This document shows positions 20,424 to 30,362 of a stretch of DNA of 64,000 bases, piece after piece (position 1 is the stretch's first letter; each line of letters starts with the position of its first letter). A model generated the notes under the pieces. It did not search any database, was not told the origin of the DNA, and was given only the letters and a program-made list of their open reading frames with translations. Location of the stretch: the NCBI GenBank assembly GCA_963843795.1, contig CAWJLW010000006.1, positions 1,488,001 through 1,552,000 on the forward strand, written 5' to 3'. Source of the stretch: an uncultured bacterium (GTDB lineage Bacteria > Armatimonadota > Abditibacteriia > Abditibacteriales > Abditibacteriaceae). The position numbers were made by a program, and so were the translations under genes.

Positions 20424-23306
20424 ATGTCGAGTTTGCAAGCGTTGTCGTTGCGCCACGATATTGGCGAGGTCATCAAGGAGCGTTATACCGTGCGCTCGGT
20501 TTTGGGTGCGGGCGCTTTTGGCACGGTTTATCGTGTTGAAGAAACTCTGGGCACGCGCACCGTTTCTCTGGCGTGCAAAGAAATGCACGTTTTGGACGAT
20601 CAGCACACCGCACAAAACGAGCGTGCTGATGCGTTGAGAATGTTTCAGGAAGAAGCATATCTGCTTCAAACCTTGCGCGATCCTCATATTCCTGCTGCCC
20701 ATTTTGAGTCGGCGCGTGGCGTGTGGTTGGCGTGTCCGGTTTGCGGTCGCACTTTTCGCGGCGTGCGCCAATGTCCCGATCACGGTGCGTCCTTGCAGGT
20801 CATCAACGAGCGCTACTACTTGCTGATGGACTTCATCGAAGGGCCGGATTTGGAAGAGAAACTTCTGTCTCAAAACGGTCGCCCGCTTGAAGAAGCCCGT
20901 GTTTTGGATTGGATGCTGCAAGTGTGCGGCGCGCTGGAAACCGTACACGCCATGGGTTTCAGTCATCGCGACATCAAGCCCGCCAACATCAAAATCCGCG
21001 AACGCACGCCTGATGCACCCGATTCGCAGGCGATGCTAATCGATTTCGGTCTCGTTAAACCTTCGATGATTGAAGGGCGCTATGGCACTCTGGTGCAGCG
21101 CAAAAGTACTGCACTGGGCACATTGGGTTATGCGCCGGTTTCATTGGAGGAGCAGCAAACACCCGATGCGCGCACCGACATACTGGCGCTGGGAATGACG
21201 ATGTATCGTTTGCTGAGCGCGCTTGATCCGACCGAACCCCAACAGTTGGCGCAAATGCGCGCTCATAATCCGCGCCATTTCAATAGTCAGATTTCAGAAC
21301 CTCTGGAAATTGTGATTCAGCGCGCAATTCAAATCGACCGCGACGCGCGCTATCGCGATGTGGCCGCCTTGCGCGCCGATTTACAGGCAGCGCGTTATCC
21401 GATTCAAACCACTTGCCCGCACTGTGGTCATGTCCAATATTCGCTGCACGCTCCGGATTCCCAATCGCGTTGCTCGCGCTGTGGTCGTCCTTTACTCAAC
21501 GTTTCACAATCCCAATCCGCGCCGAAGCCTGTGGTGTCGAATGGGACATCGACATCCAATTCGGGGTCGAAGCGCGCACCCGTAGCGCCTTCAGCGCCCT
21601 CGATTACGGTTCCCGATCCTTATATTTCGCGTATCGAAGAAATCGAGCGCCAGTTGCAGGTCTTGGAAAGTGTTGCGCCGATGCCACAGGATACGCGCTT
21701 GGATGCAATTGCCAGCATCTTTAAAAACGCGGCGCGCTTCACGGTGGGCGCGATAAACGAATGTCCGGCGTGCCGCGAAGCCACCCTGCAAGTACTTGCA
21801 GGACAGCCAAGTGGCGATTGTCCAATCTGCTGGCAGGCCCAACTGCGTCGGCGCGACACGCATTTAGCGAACTGCCCGATCTGCCGGAGTGGGACGCTGC
21901 AAGAGTTTGCTTTGCGCCCACATGAACTGTTTTGCCCGCTGTGCCGCGAGGTGCCGCTTTCGCACCGCGAGCAGCGAACTTTTTTGGGTCTGGCGGTTGA
22001 TGAGCGCTGGCATTGCACCTTTTGTGATGGCGATTGGGATGTCGAGCGTGGCGGTGTGCGTTTGGAAGCCATAGGTCGCGATCCCTACGGGATTGGGGCG
22101 TTGCATCGTGGAGAAATTTGGCCTTCCACGCAGTGGCGCCAGATGAGTGGGCGGTTGGATCAATGGTTCGAGTGCGATAATTGTCAAAGCCAGTTCGAGC
22201 CGCGCGAGCGGGACGCGTTGTGTCTGATGCACGTTGGTGATGATCCGTTTGGTGTGGGTCTGCAATGGAACAAACAATGCTTGACGCGCGCGCAGTGGGC
22301 GCAGGTCGAGCAGGGCAGCGCGCCCACTGCGCGGCCCGTCACGCACGATTGTCCCTATTGCCGGGCCACTTTTTTCCACGACCGCGAGTCGGCGACGCTG
22401 ACTTTGGAAGAAAGCGGCAGCGTGGTGCCAGCGCCCAATTTGCCGCCCACCGGGCGCGCTCGTCCGCTGCGCGAATGGTATCTACTGGCGCGTGGTAAGC
22501 GCAGCCCGCATCCGGGGCGCTTGTGTCCCAACCCGCAGTGCGCTTCGGAATGGAACGATGAAAATACAGTGTGGCGCTTGATGTTCACGCAAATCGCCGC
22601 TTTACGACCTTTGATCGGACAGGCGCGCAGTGGTGAAGATTGGCGTCGTGTCGCGCTGAACCTGCCTTCGAGCGAAGAATTAACGCGTCTTCAAAATGAG
22701 CAGAAAGAGCTTCAGGCCCAGCGCGACCGCGAACGCGCGCGCTGGAAGCAAGGCCAAAAATCGCAAATTGAAGCTCTTAACAAAGAATTACAAGCACTTT
22801 ATCAAAAGTCAGCGCTGGGCGGTTTTGTGCCGTTACGTCGTATGACGCCCGCCAAAAGTGCCGATGATTGGCGTCATCAGAATGGCACTTTCGTCATCCT
22901 TCCACTGAGCGTTTCGCGCTCGGCCCTAGCTCCCGGTGAAGTATTGCGCTGGGAATCGCCTGCGCTGCGCTGTGGCGTCGCGCACGATGTCGAACGCAAT
23001 CTTTATCAATTGCACCCCGAAAATAATGGCATGCTCGTCGTCACCCAAACGCGTCTTCAATTCGTCAACTCTCTGGATGATCGGCCCAATCAAATCTGGC
23101 AGATGGAGCTGCGCGACCTGCAAAAAGTCGAATTAGTACAAGCCGAAAAACGTCAGGTCATCATTCTCAATGCTGCACCATCCAATCAACTTATCGGCTT
23201 TGAAATTACTCCGACGCCCTGGACCTTGAAGAAAAACAGCACGCTGCATCCCTTTGTGGTCGATGCCAGCGATCTCATCGAATTGATTCATACACTCACT
23301 TCCTAA
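20424..23306 (+). CDS. Hanks-type Ser/Thr protein kinase with many CxxC zinc-ribbon motifs, coiled coil and possible C-terminal PH-like domain
   Basis: LGAGAFGTVY, ACKE, HRDIKPAN, IDFG, GTLGYAP; about 12 Cys pairs. Confidence 0.88.
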   Translation: MSSLQALSLRHDIGEVIKERYTVRSVLGAGAFGTVYRVEETLGTRTVSLACKEMHVLDDQHTAQNERADALRMFQEEAYLLQTLRDPHIPAAHFESARGVWLACPVCGRTFRGVRQCPDHGASLQVINERYYLLMDFIEGPDLEEKLLSQNGRPLEEARVLDWMLQVCGALETVHAMGFSHRDIKPANIKIRERTPDAPDSQAMLIDFGLVKPSMIEGRYGTLVQRKSTALGTLGYAPVSLEEQQTPDARTDILALGMTMYRLLSALDPTEPQQLAQMRAHNPRHFNSQISEPLEIVIQRAIQIDRDARYRDVAALRADLQAARYPIQTTCPHCGHVQYSLHAPDSQSRCSRCGRPLLNVSQSQSAPKPVVSNGTSTSNSGSKRAPVAPSAPSITVPDPYISRIEEIERQLQVLESVAPMPQDTRLDAIASIFKNAARFTVGAINECPACREATLQVLAGQPSGDCPICWQAQLRRRDTHLANCPICRSGTLQEFALRPHELFCPLCREVPLSHREQRTFLGLAVDERWHCTFCDGDWDVERGGVRLEAIGRDPYGIGALHRGEIWPSTQWRQMSGRLDQWFECDNCQSQFEPRERDALCLMHVGDDPFGVGLQWNKQCLTRAQWAQVEQGSAPTARPVTHDCPYCRATFFHDRESATLTLEESGSVVPAPNLPPTGRARPLREWYLLARGKRSPHPGRLCPNPQCASEWNDENTVWRLMFTQIAALRPLIGQARSGEDWRRVALNLPSSEELTRLQNEQKELQAQRDRERARWKQGQKSQIEALNKELQALYQKSALGGFVPLRRMTPAKSADDWRHQNGTFVILPLSVSRSALAPGEVLRWESPALRCGVAHDVERNLYQLHPENNGMLVVTQTRLQFVNSLDDRPNQIWQMELRDLQKVELVQAEKRQVIILNAAPSNQLIGFEITPTPWTLKKNSTLHPFVVDASDLIELIHTLTS

Positions 23307-23386
23307 ATCAGACATTTTTTAAATGCACACAAAACTCAATTTGAGTTCTTTAGGCACAGCTGACGCGCTTAACTTAAAATGCATTA

Positions 23387-23438
23387 AGAATGCTTAAACG
23401 CGTGCCGCAAGTACTTGCGGCACGCGTTTAAGCATTCT
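23387..23438. repeat. 52-bp perfect palindrome centred on GCAAGTACTTGC, overlapping the 3' end of the methyltransferase gene
   Basis: agaatgcttaaacgcgtgccgcaagt|acttgcggcacgcgtttaagcattct. Confidence 0.9.
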
Positions 23439-24225
23439 GCACCATGAAATACCAGCGTTCCGAGCGCGCGTGAGGACGGTTGAGCGTGTAGGCATCGTAG
23501 GCTCCAAGTGGCTTCCATCCGGACGTTTGCACTATTTCCAGCACTTCTTCCAATAAATAAGCGCGTTCGCGATGAGTTTCGAGGAAAGTTTCGGTTTTTC
23601 CATCGCCGTTGCGCTTTTCGAATTTCATATCGACACGACAAATGCGCTCCTGCCTATCAAAATTGGCATTCCATTGATATTGTAATGGCTTTCGTGGGTC
23701 GCGTTGTGTTTGGGTGAAAAGATTGGCGCGAAAAGCCCAATCGGAATTCATATCGAACACCCAGATTCCACCCGGTCGCAGACACGCTCTTATTCTTGCA
23801 AATGCCAGTGCCAGGTCGTGCGGGTCGAGAATGTAGTTCAGCGAATCGTACAGGCAAGTTGCGCCATCAAATAAGCGCTCTGTGCGCAATTGTGTGAGAT
23901 CGCCCACGCGAAATTCTGCCGAGCCATCGGCTTGTTCAAGTTCGATTTGTAATTTCGGATTAGAAATTTTAGCCTGGGCAATAGCGATCATCTCGGGGCT
24001 GAGATCGACCCCTTCTACTTGATAACCACGACGCGCCAGTTCAAACGAAACGTTACCGGTTCCACAGGCGGCATCGAGCACGGTACGCGGCACGAAATCG
24101 TGTAGCGACCACAAAAGTTGCACATATTCAACCCACTGCGCATAGGGCACAACTTTCATCAGTTCATCGTAATAAGGAGCTAAAGGGCCAAATTGCCCGG
24201 CATCATCGTGGTTTTTGGGTTCCAT
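23428..24225 (-). CDS. Class I SAM-dependent methyltransferase
   Basis: VLDAACGTG, GVDLSPEM, CLYDSLNY, LRPGG..FD. Confidence 0.9.
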   Translation of the reverse strand: MEPKNHDDAGQFGPLAPYYDELMKVVPYAQWVEYVQLLWSLHDFVPRTVLDAACGTGNVSFELARRGYQVEGVDLSPEMIAIAQAKISNPKLQIELEQADGSAEFRVGDLTQLRTERLFDGATCLYDSLNYILDPHDLALAFARIRACLRPGGIWVFDMNSDWAFRANLFTQTQRDPRKPLQYQWNANFDRQERICRVDMKFEKRNGDGKTETFLETHRERAYLLEEVLEIVQTSGWKPLGAYDAYTLNRPHARSERWYFMVQNA

Positions 24226-24348
24226 GCTAAAAAGTGCTCAATGCGAGTTTGCGTGCTGTGCCAAGTTGCAAAATATTGTTGTCAAGGCAATATTATCAGG
24301 TTTATCAGACGCCAGAAGGTGAAGTGCGCGGTTATACTGTGGGCTATT

Positions 24349-25218
24349 ATGGCATATGTAGCAACCTGTGTTTTCCGCGAACCGGCCAAATCGTATTATC
24401 TTGATCCGGGCGAATTAGATATTTTGACTGGCGATCGCGTAGTCGGAGAAACTTCGCGAGGCATTGAAATTGGCACTGTTAAATTTCGGGCACGCGAAAT
24501 GGAAGATGATAAGATCGCCGGACCGCTGCGCCGCATCCTACGTTTGGCGACCAAGGACGATTTGCGTTGTGAGGGCGAAAACGCCGGTTACGAAGCGGAG
24601 TCTTTGCAATTGATTCGCGATTGCATCGAGCGTCACGGGCTGCAAATGAAGCCGGTCAAAGTGGAGATTACACTTGACCGATCCAAGCTTTTTTTCTTTT
24701 ATGAAAGCGAAACGCGCGTCGATTTTCGCGAACTGTTACGCGAATTATCTTCCGAGCTCAGCATTCGCTTGCAATTTCAGCAAGTCAACGCGCGCGAGGC
24801 AGCCAAAGTTCTGGGTGGTTGCGGGCCGTGCGGCCAAACCTTGTGCTGTTCGACGTGGCTCGACGCGATGCCGCCGGTCACTTTGAAAATGGCTAAAGAG
24901 CAAAACTTGGCATTAACGCCCCACAAAATTAGCGGTGCGTGCGGGCGTTTGATGTGTTGTTTGCGCTACGAAATTGATTTTTATCGCGATCAAAAGCAGC
25001 GCCTCCCACGCAACGGCACGCCCGTAGATACGCCTGAAGGGCCAGGCCATGTGCGCGATGTAAATTATCTCAGCGAAGATTGTGTTGTTGAACTTGGCGA
25101 CGGTCGCCGTATAACATTGCCCGGCGAAACTTTGCGCCAAACGCGCAAAGAGCGCGGTCCGGTACGCGCCTGCTCCAACCACGTCGATCACGGTGGATCG
25201 TGTGAGGGAGGAAAGTAA
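24349..25218 (+). CDS. ricT: RicT/YaaT (PSP1 C-terminal domain) Fe-S protein
   Basis: RVDFRELL, GGCGPCGQTLCC, KMAKEQNL, KISGACGRLMCCLRYE. Confidence 0.9.
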   Translation: MAYVATCVFREPAKSYYLDPGELDILTGDRVVGETSRGIEIGTVKFRAREMEDDKIAGPLRRILRLATKDDLRCEGENAGYEAESLQLIRDCIERHGLQMKPVKVEITLDRSKLFFFYESETRVDFRELLRELSSELSIRLQFQQVNAREAAKVLGGCGPCGQTLCCSTWLDAMPPVTLKMAKEQNLALTPHKISGACGRLMCCLRYEIDFYRDQKQRLPRNGTPVDTPEGPGHVRDVNYLSEDCVVELGDGRRITLPGETLRQTRKERGPVRACSNHVDHGGSCEGGK

Positions 25219-25341
25219 AAATGAGAAAAGGCGCGAGAGAAATATAAAAGTATTGGAACGAGCTGAGAAGCTCATGCAAGTACTTGCTGTATGTTAAAGC
25301 CTGGTTTCTTTTCACAAGCTACCCTTTCTCACTGACTCACT

Positions 25342-27495
25342 ATGTCCGATTCGATTTTCAACATTACAACACCGATTTACTATATCAATGCGACACCGCA
25401 TATTGGTCATGCTTATACCCAGATTGCCGCTGATGCGCGCGCGCGATTCGAGCGACTGCGTGGACGGCGTGTTTATTTTCTCACGGGCACCGATGAGAAC
25501 GCGATCAAGGTCGCACGCGTGGCGCAAGAAATGGGGCGCGATCCTCAAGAATACGTGGATGAAATGGCGGCTTCGTTTCAACGCATCTGGGATGATCTGT
25601 TCATCTCGTACGATGATTATGTGCGCACAACCGAGCCGCGTCACCGCCTGACAGTGCAGCGCGTTGTGCAGCGTTTATGGGACGACGGACATCTTTACCT
25701 CGACGCCTATCGCGGTTGGTATTCGGTGCCTGATGAAACGTTTTTCAACTCTGAGGACACTGTCGAGCGCGACGGACAACGCTATATCGCGCAACCCACG
25801 CCTGATCAGAGCCGCGAACCCTTGGAATGGGTGGAAGAGCAGGGGCATTTCTTTCGCTTGTCGGAGTTCGCCATGCCTTTGTTAGATTGGTATGCCGAGC
25901 ATCCCGACACCTTGCAGCCCAGTAGTCGCCGCAACGAAACGCTTTCGTTTTTACGCGGTGGTCTGCGCGACACTTCAATTTCTCGGATTCAGGAGTGGGG
26001 AATTCCGCTTCCAGATGGTGTACCCGAACATGAAGGGCGCATGGTTTATGTATGGTTTCCGGACGCTTTGCTGAACTATGCATCGGCTCCGGGCTATCTC
26101 AGCAATGACCCACAAAGGCGCGCTTTCTTTCAAGAAGTATGGCCACCCGATGTTCATTTAATGAGCAAGGATATTTTTACGCGCTTTCACGCCACTCTGT
26201 GGCCCTCCTTATTAAAGGCCCTGAATTTAGAGCTGCCGCGCCTCTGTTTCGCGCACGGTTTTTGGACAGTCGATGGGCGTAAAATGTCGAAGCGCGATGC
26301 CGCAACGGTTGTTGAACCGGTGGCTTTCGCACAACGTTTGGCGCAAATCGCCGGGTGTGAATATGAAATCGCAGTCGATGCTTTGCGCTATTATTGCTTG
26401 CGCGAAGTCACCTTCGGGATGGACGGAGATTTTTCGCGTGCGGGCGTCGCCGCACGCTACAACGGTGAGCTCGCCAATGGTCTGGGCAACTTGATCAACC
26501 GCGCCCTCTCGATGCTCCAACAGTATTGCGAGGGCGTCGTTCCAGCGACGCAAAATACTCAAGGTGAACTGAGCCAACTGTGTCGTGCAAAATTGCCTGC
26601 AGTGGAAGCCGCTTATAGTCAAATGGCCTTTCACGAAGTGTTGCAAATCGTATGGGAAGTCATAGGCGCCGGTAATCGTGCCATTGAAGACGAAAAGCCC
26701 TGGGCCTTAATGAAAGCGGGCGAGCAGCAGCGCGTCAATCAACTTTTGCGCGATTTATTGGCGGTTTGTCAGTGGAGTATGATCGTCCTGGCCCCAATTA
26801 TGCCCAATTTCAGCGCTCGATTGGCTGATTTGCTGCAGATTGATCCAGCTCAATCGCAGTCGCAGGGTCTAAAAGAGGGAACAATTGCTGCTTCGCAGGG
26901 CGGTTGGCAACGCGCAGTTGGTAACGAAGAACTGCCAGCGGGTCATCGATGTTTAGAGCCTCAGCCACTGTTCCCACGTATCAAAAATCCCGAGGAGATC
27001 GAAGAAAAGCTCGAAAACGCAATCACGAAAGAGAATCAAGAAACCAAAACAAATATGGATAACATCAGCGAAAACACCAGCGAAATTTCAACATCCGTTG
27101 TTCCGGCTTCAATACCTACAGCCGATACAACAGCGGCAGTTCAGCCTGAAGCTCCAATTTCAACGCCGACAATCACTTATGATGATTTCGTCAAAGTTGA
27201 ATTGAAAGTTGGTCGCGTTCTGAGCGCTGAGCGCATTCCCAAAGCCGATAAGCTGCTCAAACTGCAAGTGGACATTGGCACCGAGCAACGCCAGATTCTG
27301 GCTGGACTGGCCGAGCACTTTGATCCCGAAGCCCTGGTTGGTCAGTCAGTTGTTGTGGTTACGAACCTGGCGCCACGCAAAATGCGCGGACTCGAATCAC
27401 AAGGCATGATCTTAGCAGCCTCAACACCCGACGGCCCACCATTGGCGTTGATCGGTCCGCAAAACGATGTTGAAGCAGGTTCAATTGTAAAATAA
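25342..27495 (+). CDS. metG: Methionine--tRNA ligase with C-terminal tRNA-binding domain
   Basis: TTPIYY..PHIGH, LTGTDE, KMSKR, NLAPRKMRGLESQGM. Confidence 0.96.
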   Translation: MSDSIFNITTPIYYINATPHIGHAYTQIAADARARFERLRGRRVYFLTGTDENAIKVARVAQEMGRDPQEYVDEMAASFQRIWDDLFISYDDYVRTTEPRHRLTVQRVVQRLWDDGHLYLDAYRGWYSVPDETFFNSEDTVERDGQRYIAQPTPDQSREPLEWVEEQGHFFRLSEFAMPLLDWYAEHPDTLQPSSRRNETLSFLRGGLRDTSISRIQEWGIPLPDGVPEHEGRMVYVWFPDALLNYASAPGYLSNDPQRRAFFQEVWPPDVHLMSKDIFTRFHATLWPSLLKALNLELPRLCFAHGFWTVDGRKMSKRDAATVVEPVAFAQRLAQIAGCEYEIAVDALRYYCLREVTFGMDGDFSRAGVAARYNGELANGLGNLINRALSMLQQYCEGVVPATQNTQGELSQLCRAKLPAVEAAYSQMAFHEVLQIVWEVIGAGNRAIEDEKPWALMKAGEQQRVNQLLRDLLAVCQWSMIVLAPIMPNFSARLADLLQIDPAQSQSQGLKEGTIAASQGGWQRAVGNEELPAGHRCLEPQPLFPRIKNPEEIEEKLENAITKENQETKTNMDNISENTSEISTSVVPASIPTADTTAAVQPEAPISTPTITYDDFVKVELKVGRVLSAERIPKADKLLKLQVDIGTEQRQILAGLAEHFDPEALVGQSVVVVTNLAPRKMRGLESQGMILAASTPDGPPLALIGPQNDVEAGSIVK

Positions 27496-27500
27496 AATAA

Positions 27501-27546
27501 TGGTCCGTTTGTTTTGGTGCAAGCTTGCACCAAAACAAACGGACCA
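27501..27546. terminator. 46-bp perfect palindrome after metG centred on GCAAGCTTGC (core lacking the central TA)
   Basis: tggtccgtttgttttggtgcaag|cttgcaccaaaacaaacggacca. Confidence 0.8.
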
Positions 27547-27723
27547 AACCGAAAATAAGGGGCGCATGACACAAGGTACGATAATATATATTATGAAAAA
27601 AATGAGCAATGGATTTGGAGGCAAGTACTTGTCTGCGGTTTTTGGCGCAGATTTTTGTCACGTAAAAATGGCAGGGAGATTTTTTCAATGAGGGCTTTTG
27701 ATTTCGGTGATACTTAACTATCG

Positions 27724-29451
27724 ATGTCTGTGGAATTATTGATTGATGTGGAGGCGGGCGAAACCCGTGTGGCCGAACTGCACGAGGGGCGCCTATTTGA
27801 TTTAAAAGTGGATCGTGGTGGCCGATTGCTGGGCGATATTTTTCGTGGCCGCATCGAAAATGTTTTGCCTGGTATGGATGCGGCGTTCATCGACATCGGT
27901 TTGGATCGCAACGCGCTGATTTACGCTGGCGACATCGGGCCAGCCCAGTTGCCCGGAGAGCGTCCAGCACACGCCATCGAGCAACTGGTGCGTAAAGGGC
28001 AAGAACTTACTGTTCAAATCGCGCGACCCCCGGTAGGCAGTAAAGGAGCTCGCGTCACCACACATCTGTCGTTGCCGGGCCGCTATGTGGTTTTGTCCAC
28101 TGCATCCGATACAGTTGGCGTGTCGCGACGATTGGAGGATGAAAACGAGCGCTCGCGCCTGCGTCGTATTGCGGACAAATTGCGGCCCTTGGATCATGGA
28201 TTGATTGTCCGCACCGAGGCCGAAGGCGCGAGCGAAGCCGAAATCGCCGCCGATATTCAACATTTGCAGCAAAGCTTTTATCACATCAACTCGCAGGCCC
28301 AGAAAAATCACCACACACCGAGACGACTGCATCGCGACATGGGCCTGATGGGCCGTTTGGTGCGCGACCGGGTGGACGAGAAAATTGAAAAAATCGTCGT
28401 GCAAGGCGAGGACAATTATCTGACTTTGCGGTCACTGTTACAAGAAATTGCGCCCGCGATGCTTGACCGGCTGCATTTACATAGCGAAGTGCAACCTTTG
28501 TTTGCGGCTTACCATATAGAACGCGATATCGCTCTGGCCCTGGAGCGCGTAGTGCCGATGAAGCGCGGAGGCTCGCTCAGCATCGACGAAACCGAAGCGC
28601 TGACTGCTATCGACATTAATACCGGCAAATTTACTGGTCGCAATCGATTATCCCAAACCGTACTGGAAACTAATCTGGATGCTGTTGAGGAAGCGGCGCG
28701 CCAGATTCGACTGCGCGACCTGGCTGGCATTATTGTGATCGATTTCATCGACATGGAGCGCACGCGCGACCGCATTAAAGTACTGAACGCATTGGAAAAC
28801 GCGCTATCGCTCGACCGGGCCAAAACGCGTATTGTCCAATTATCACCTTCAGGACTGGTCGAACTAACGCGCCAACGCGAAGGTCAAACCCTGCGCCAGT
28901 TGTGGCATCGGCCCTGCCCGTACTGCGGCGGCGATGGCATGGTACAATCACCGCAAAGCGTCGCTCTCAGCGTACGCCGTCAAATTCGCGCACTCAGAGC
29001 CAAAAAACCGACAACATCAGTCTCGGAAAAAGATTCGATTCAACCGGTTCAAATTGTGATGCATCCCGAAAGCGCCTGCGCGCTGCTGGGCGAGGGCGAA
29101 GCCGCTATCGCAGATTTAGAAGAAACGACTGCGACACGATTATTTGTGCAAGTCGAATTTTCGCTGCATCTCGAAGATCGGCGTTTGCTATTGGGCGAAC
29201 CGGGACAATTCGAAGGCTTCGGCGGCATGTTCAAAGTTGGCGAGCGCTTTTATATCGAAGCGCCAGTTTCACTTTATCCACGCGATGAACCGCAATTCAT
29301 CGTCCTCCAAAACGCCTTGATTAAAATCGATGAAATCGCGCCTGGCCTGCTGGGACGCGATAAAATTAGCCTCGCCAAAGATGTGACGCTACAAATCGAC
29401 GCGATCACGCGTTGGAACCTGGAAGCACATATCGTCAAGGAAACAGAGTAA
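27724..29451 (+). CDS. rng: Ribonuclease E/G family
   Basis: S1 domain (PGMDAAFIDIG), TEALTAIDINTG, GIIVIDFIDM, CPYCGG. Confidence 0.92.
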   Translation: MSVELLIDVEAGETRVAELHEGRLFDLKVDRGGRLLGDIFRGRIENVLPGMDAAFIDIGLDRNALIYAGDIGPAQLPGERPAHAIEQLVRKGQELTVQIARPPVGSKGARVTTHLSLPGRYVVLSTASDTVGVSRRLEDENERSRLRRIADKLRPLDHGLIVRTEAEGASEAEIAADIQHLQQSFYHINSQAQKNHHTPRRLHRDMGLMGRLVRDRVDEKIEKIVVQGEDNYLTLRSLLQEIAPAMLDRLHLHSEVQPLFAAYHIERDIALALERVVPMKRGGSLSIDETEALTAIDINTGKFTGRNRLSQTVLETNLDAVEEAARQIRLRDLAGIIVIDFIDMERTRDRIKVLNALENALSLDRAKTRIVQLSPSGLVELTRQREGQTLRQLWHRPCPYCGGDGMVQSPQSVALSVRRQIRALRAKKPTTSVSEKDSIQPVQIVMHPESACALLGEGEAAIADLEETTATRLFVQVEFSLHLEDRRLLLGEPGQFEGFGGMFKVGERFYIEAPVSLYPRDEPQFIVLQNALIKIDEIAPGLLGRDKISLAKDVTLQIDAITRWNLEAHIVKETE

Positions 29452-29580
29452 ACATGTGAACATTTTAAAGCGAAGATTCTGAAGTTCACTGTTAAAATCA
29501 CATCGCAAGTACTTGGCAAGTATACCTGCACCCGCTTTGCGCCTCCGTTTTTCATTTTGTCTTTTTTCAAATCTCTAATT

Positions 29581-30300
29581 ATGAATAGTTTTCGTGTTGC
29601 TTTGCTGGGTGATTCCATGTTTGCGCGTTGGGGAGCACGCTGTCCGCAATTGCAGGTAGCACTCAAACGACAATATCAACGTAGTGAGTTTGAAATTTTC
29701 AATCATGGACTCGCCGGTTCGCGTGCGGGAAATGGCCTGTGGCGCATCTCCCACCGCTATAACCCCGACCTAGAAACTCATAGCGCCTTCGAGTCGCAAG
29801 CTACTGCAGAAAGGAGAGATAGCTTGCATTGGTGTAACCCGTATCTGGTGATTATCGAATCTTTTGCCTACACCAACCGCATCGACGGCGCTGAAGGACT
29901 GAGCGAATATCGCGATTTGCTGCGGCGCATGGTTGAAACTATTCAACACACTACAGAAGCAAAAATTTTGTTTTGCGTGACAATGGCACCTTTGCGCGAT
30001 TCCTTTTTGGAAACCGCGCCCACCTACGTCAATACCTCGCGCGCCACGCGCCAGCGTTTCGCGGATGATGTGGCTTTATATTTAGATGAAGCGCGTCGCA
30101 TTGCTCAAGACGAGCGGTGGCCCTTGGCCGATGTCGCGGCGGAAATTCAAAAGCGTGTTGATGCCGGGGAAAATCCGCAACGCTTTGTCGACCACGACGA
30201 TTTCCAGCATTTGTCACCCTATGGATTGGAAATTCAGGCTCGTGTCATAGTGCGCGCCATCGACAATGGTCGCATGGTGGAAGAAACTTCAACTCATTGA
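29581..30300 (+). CDS. SGNH/GDSL hydrolase family protein
   Basis: ALLGDS, NHGLAG, DFQHLSPYG. Confidence 0.75.
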   Translation: MNSFRVALLGDSMFARWGARCPQLQVALKRQYQRSEFEIFNHGLAGSRAGNGLWRISHRYNPDLETHSAFESQATAERRDSLHWCNPYLVIIESFAYTNRIDGAEGLSEYRDLLRRMVETIQHTTEAKILFCVTMAPLRDSFLETAPTYVNTSRATRQRFADDVALYLDEARRIAQDERWPLADVAAEIQKRVDAGENPQRFVDHDDFQHLSPYGLEIQARVIVRAIDNGRMVEETSTH

Positions 30301-30362
30301 AATTTAATTCATAGATTCTAGTAAGTAAGATGGTAATAGCAAATTTTCACAGGAGTTAACTT

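Noticed and set aside
23428..24225. Methyltransferase as the enzyme acting on the palindrome
   Set aside because: No DPPY/NPPY/SPPY or PCQ DNA-methyltransferase motif; it looks like a small-molecule class I enzyme
24349..29451. ricT-metG-rng as a new system
   Set aside because: ricT/yaaT near metG is a known neighbourhood and nothing here shows a new functional link
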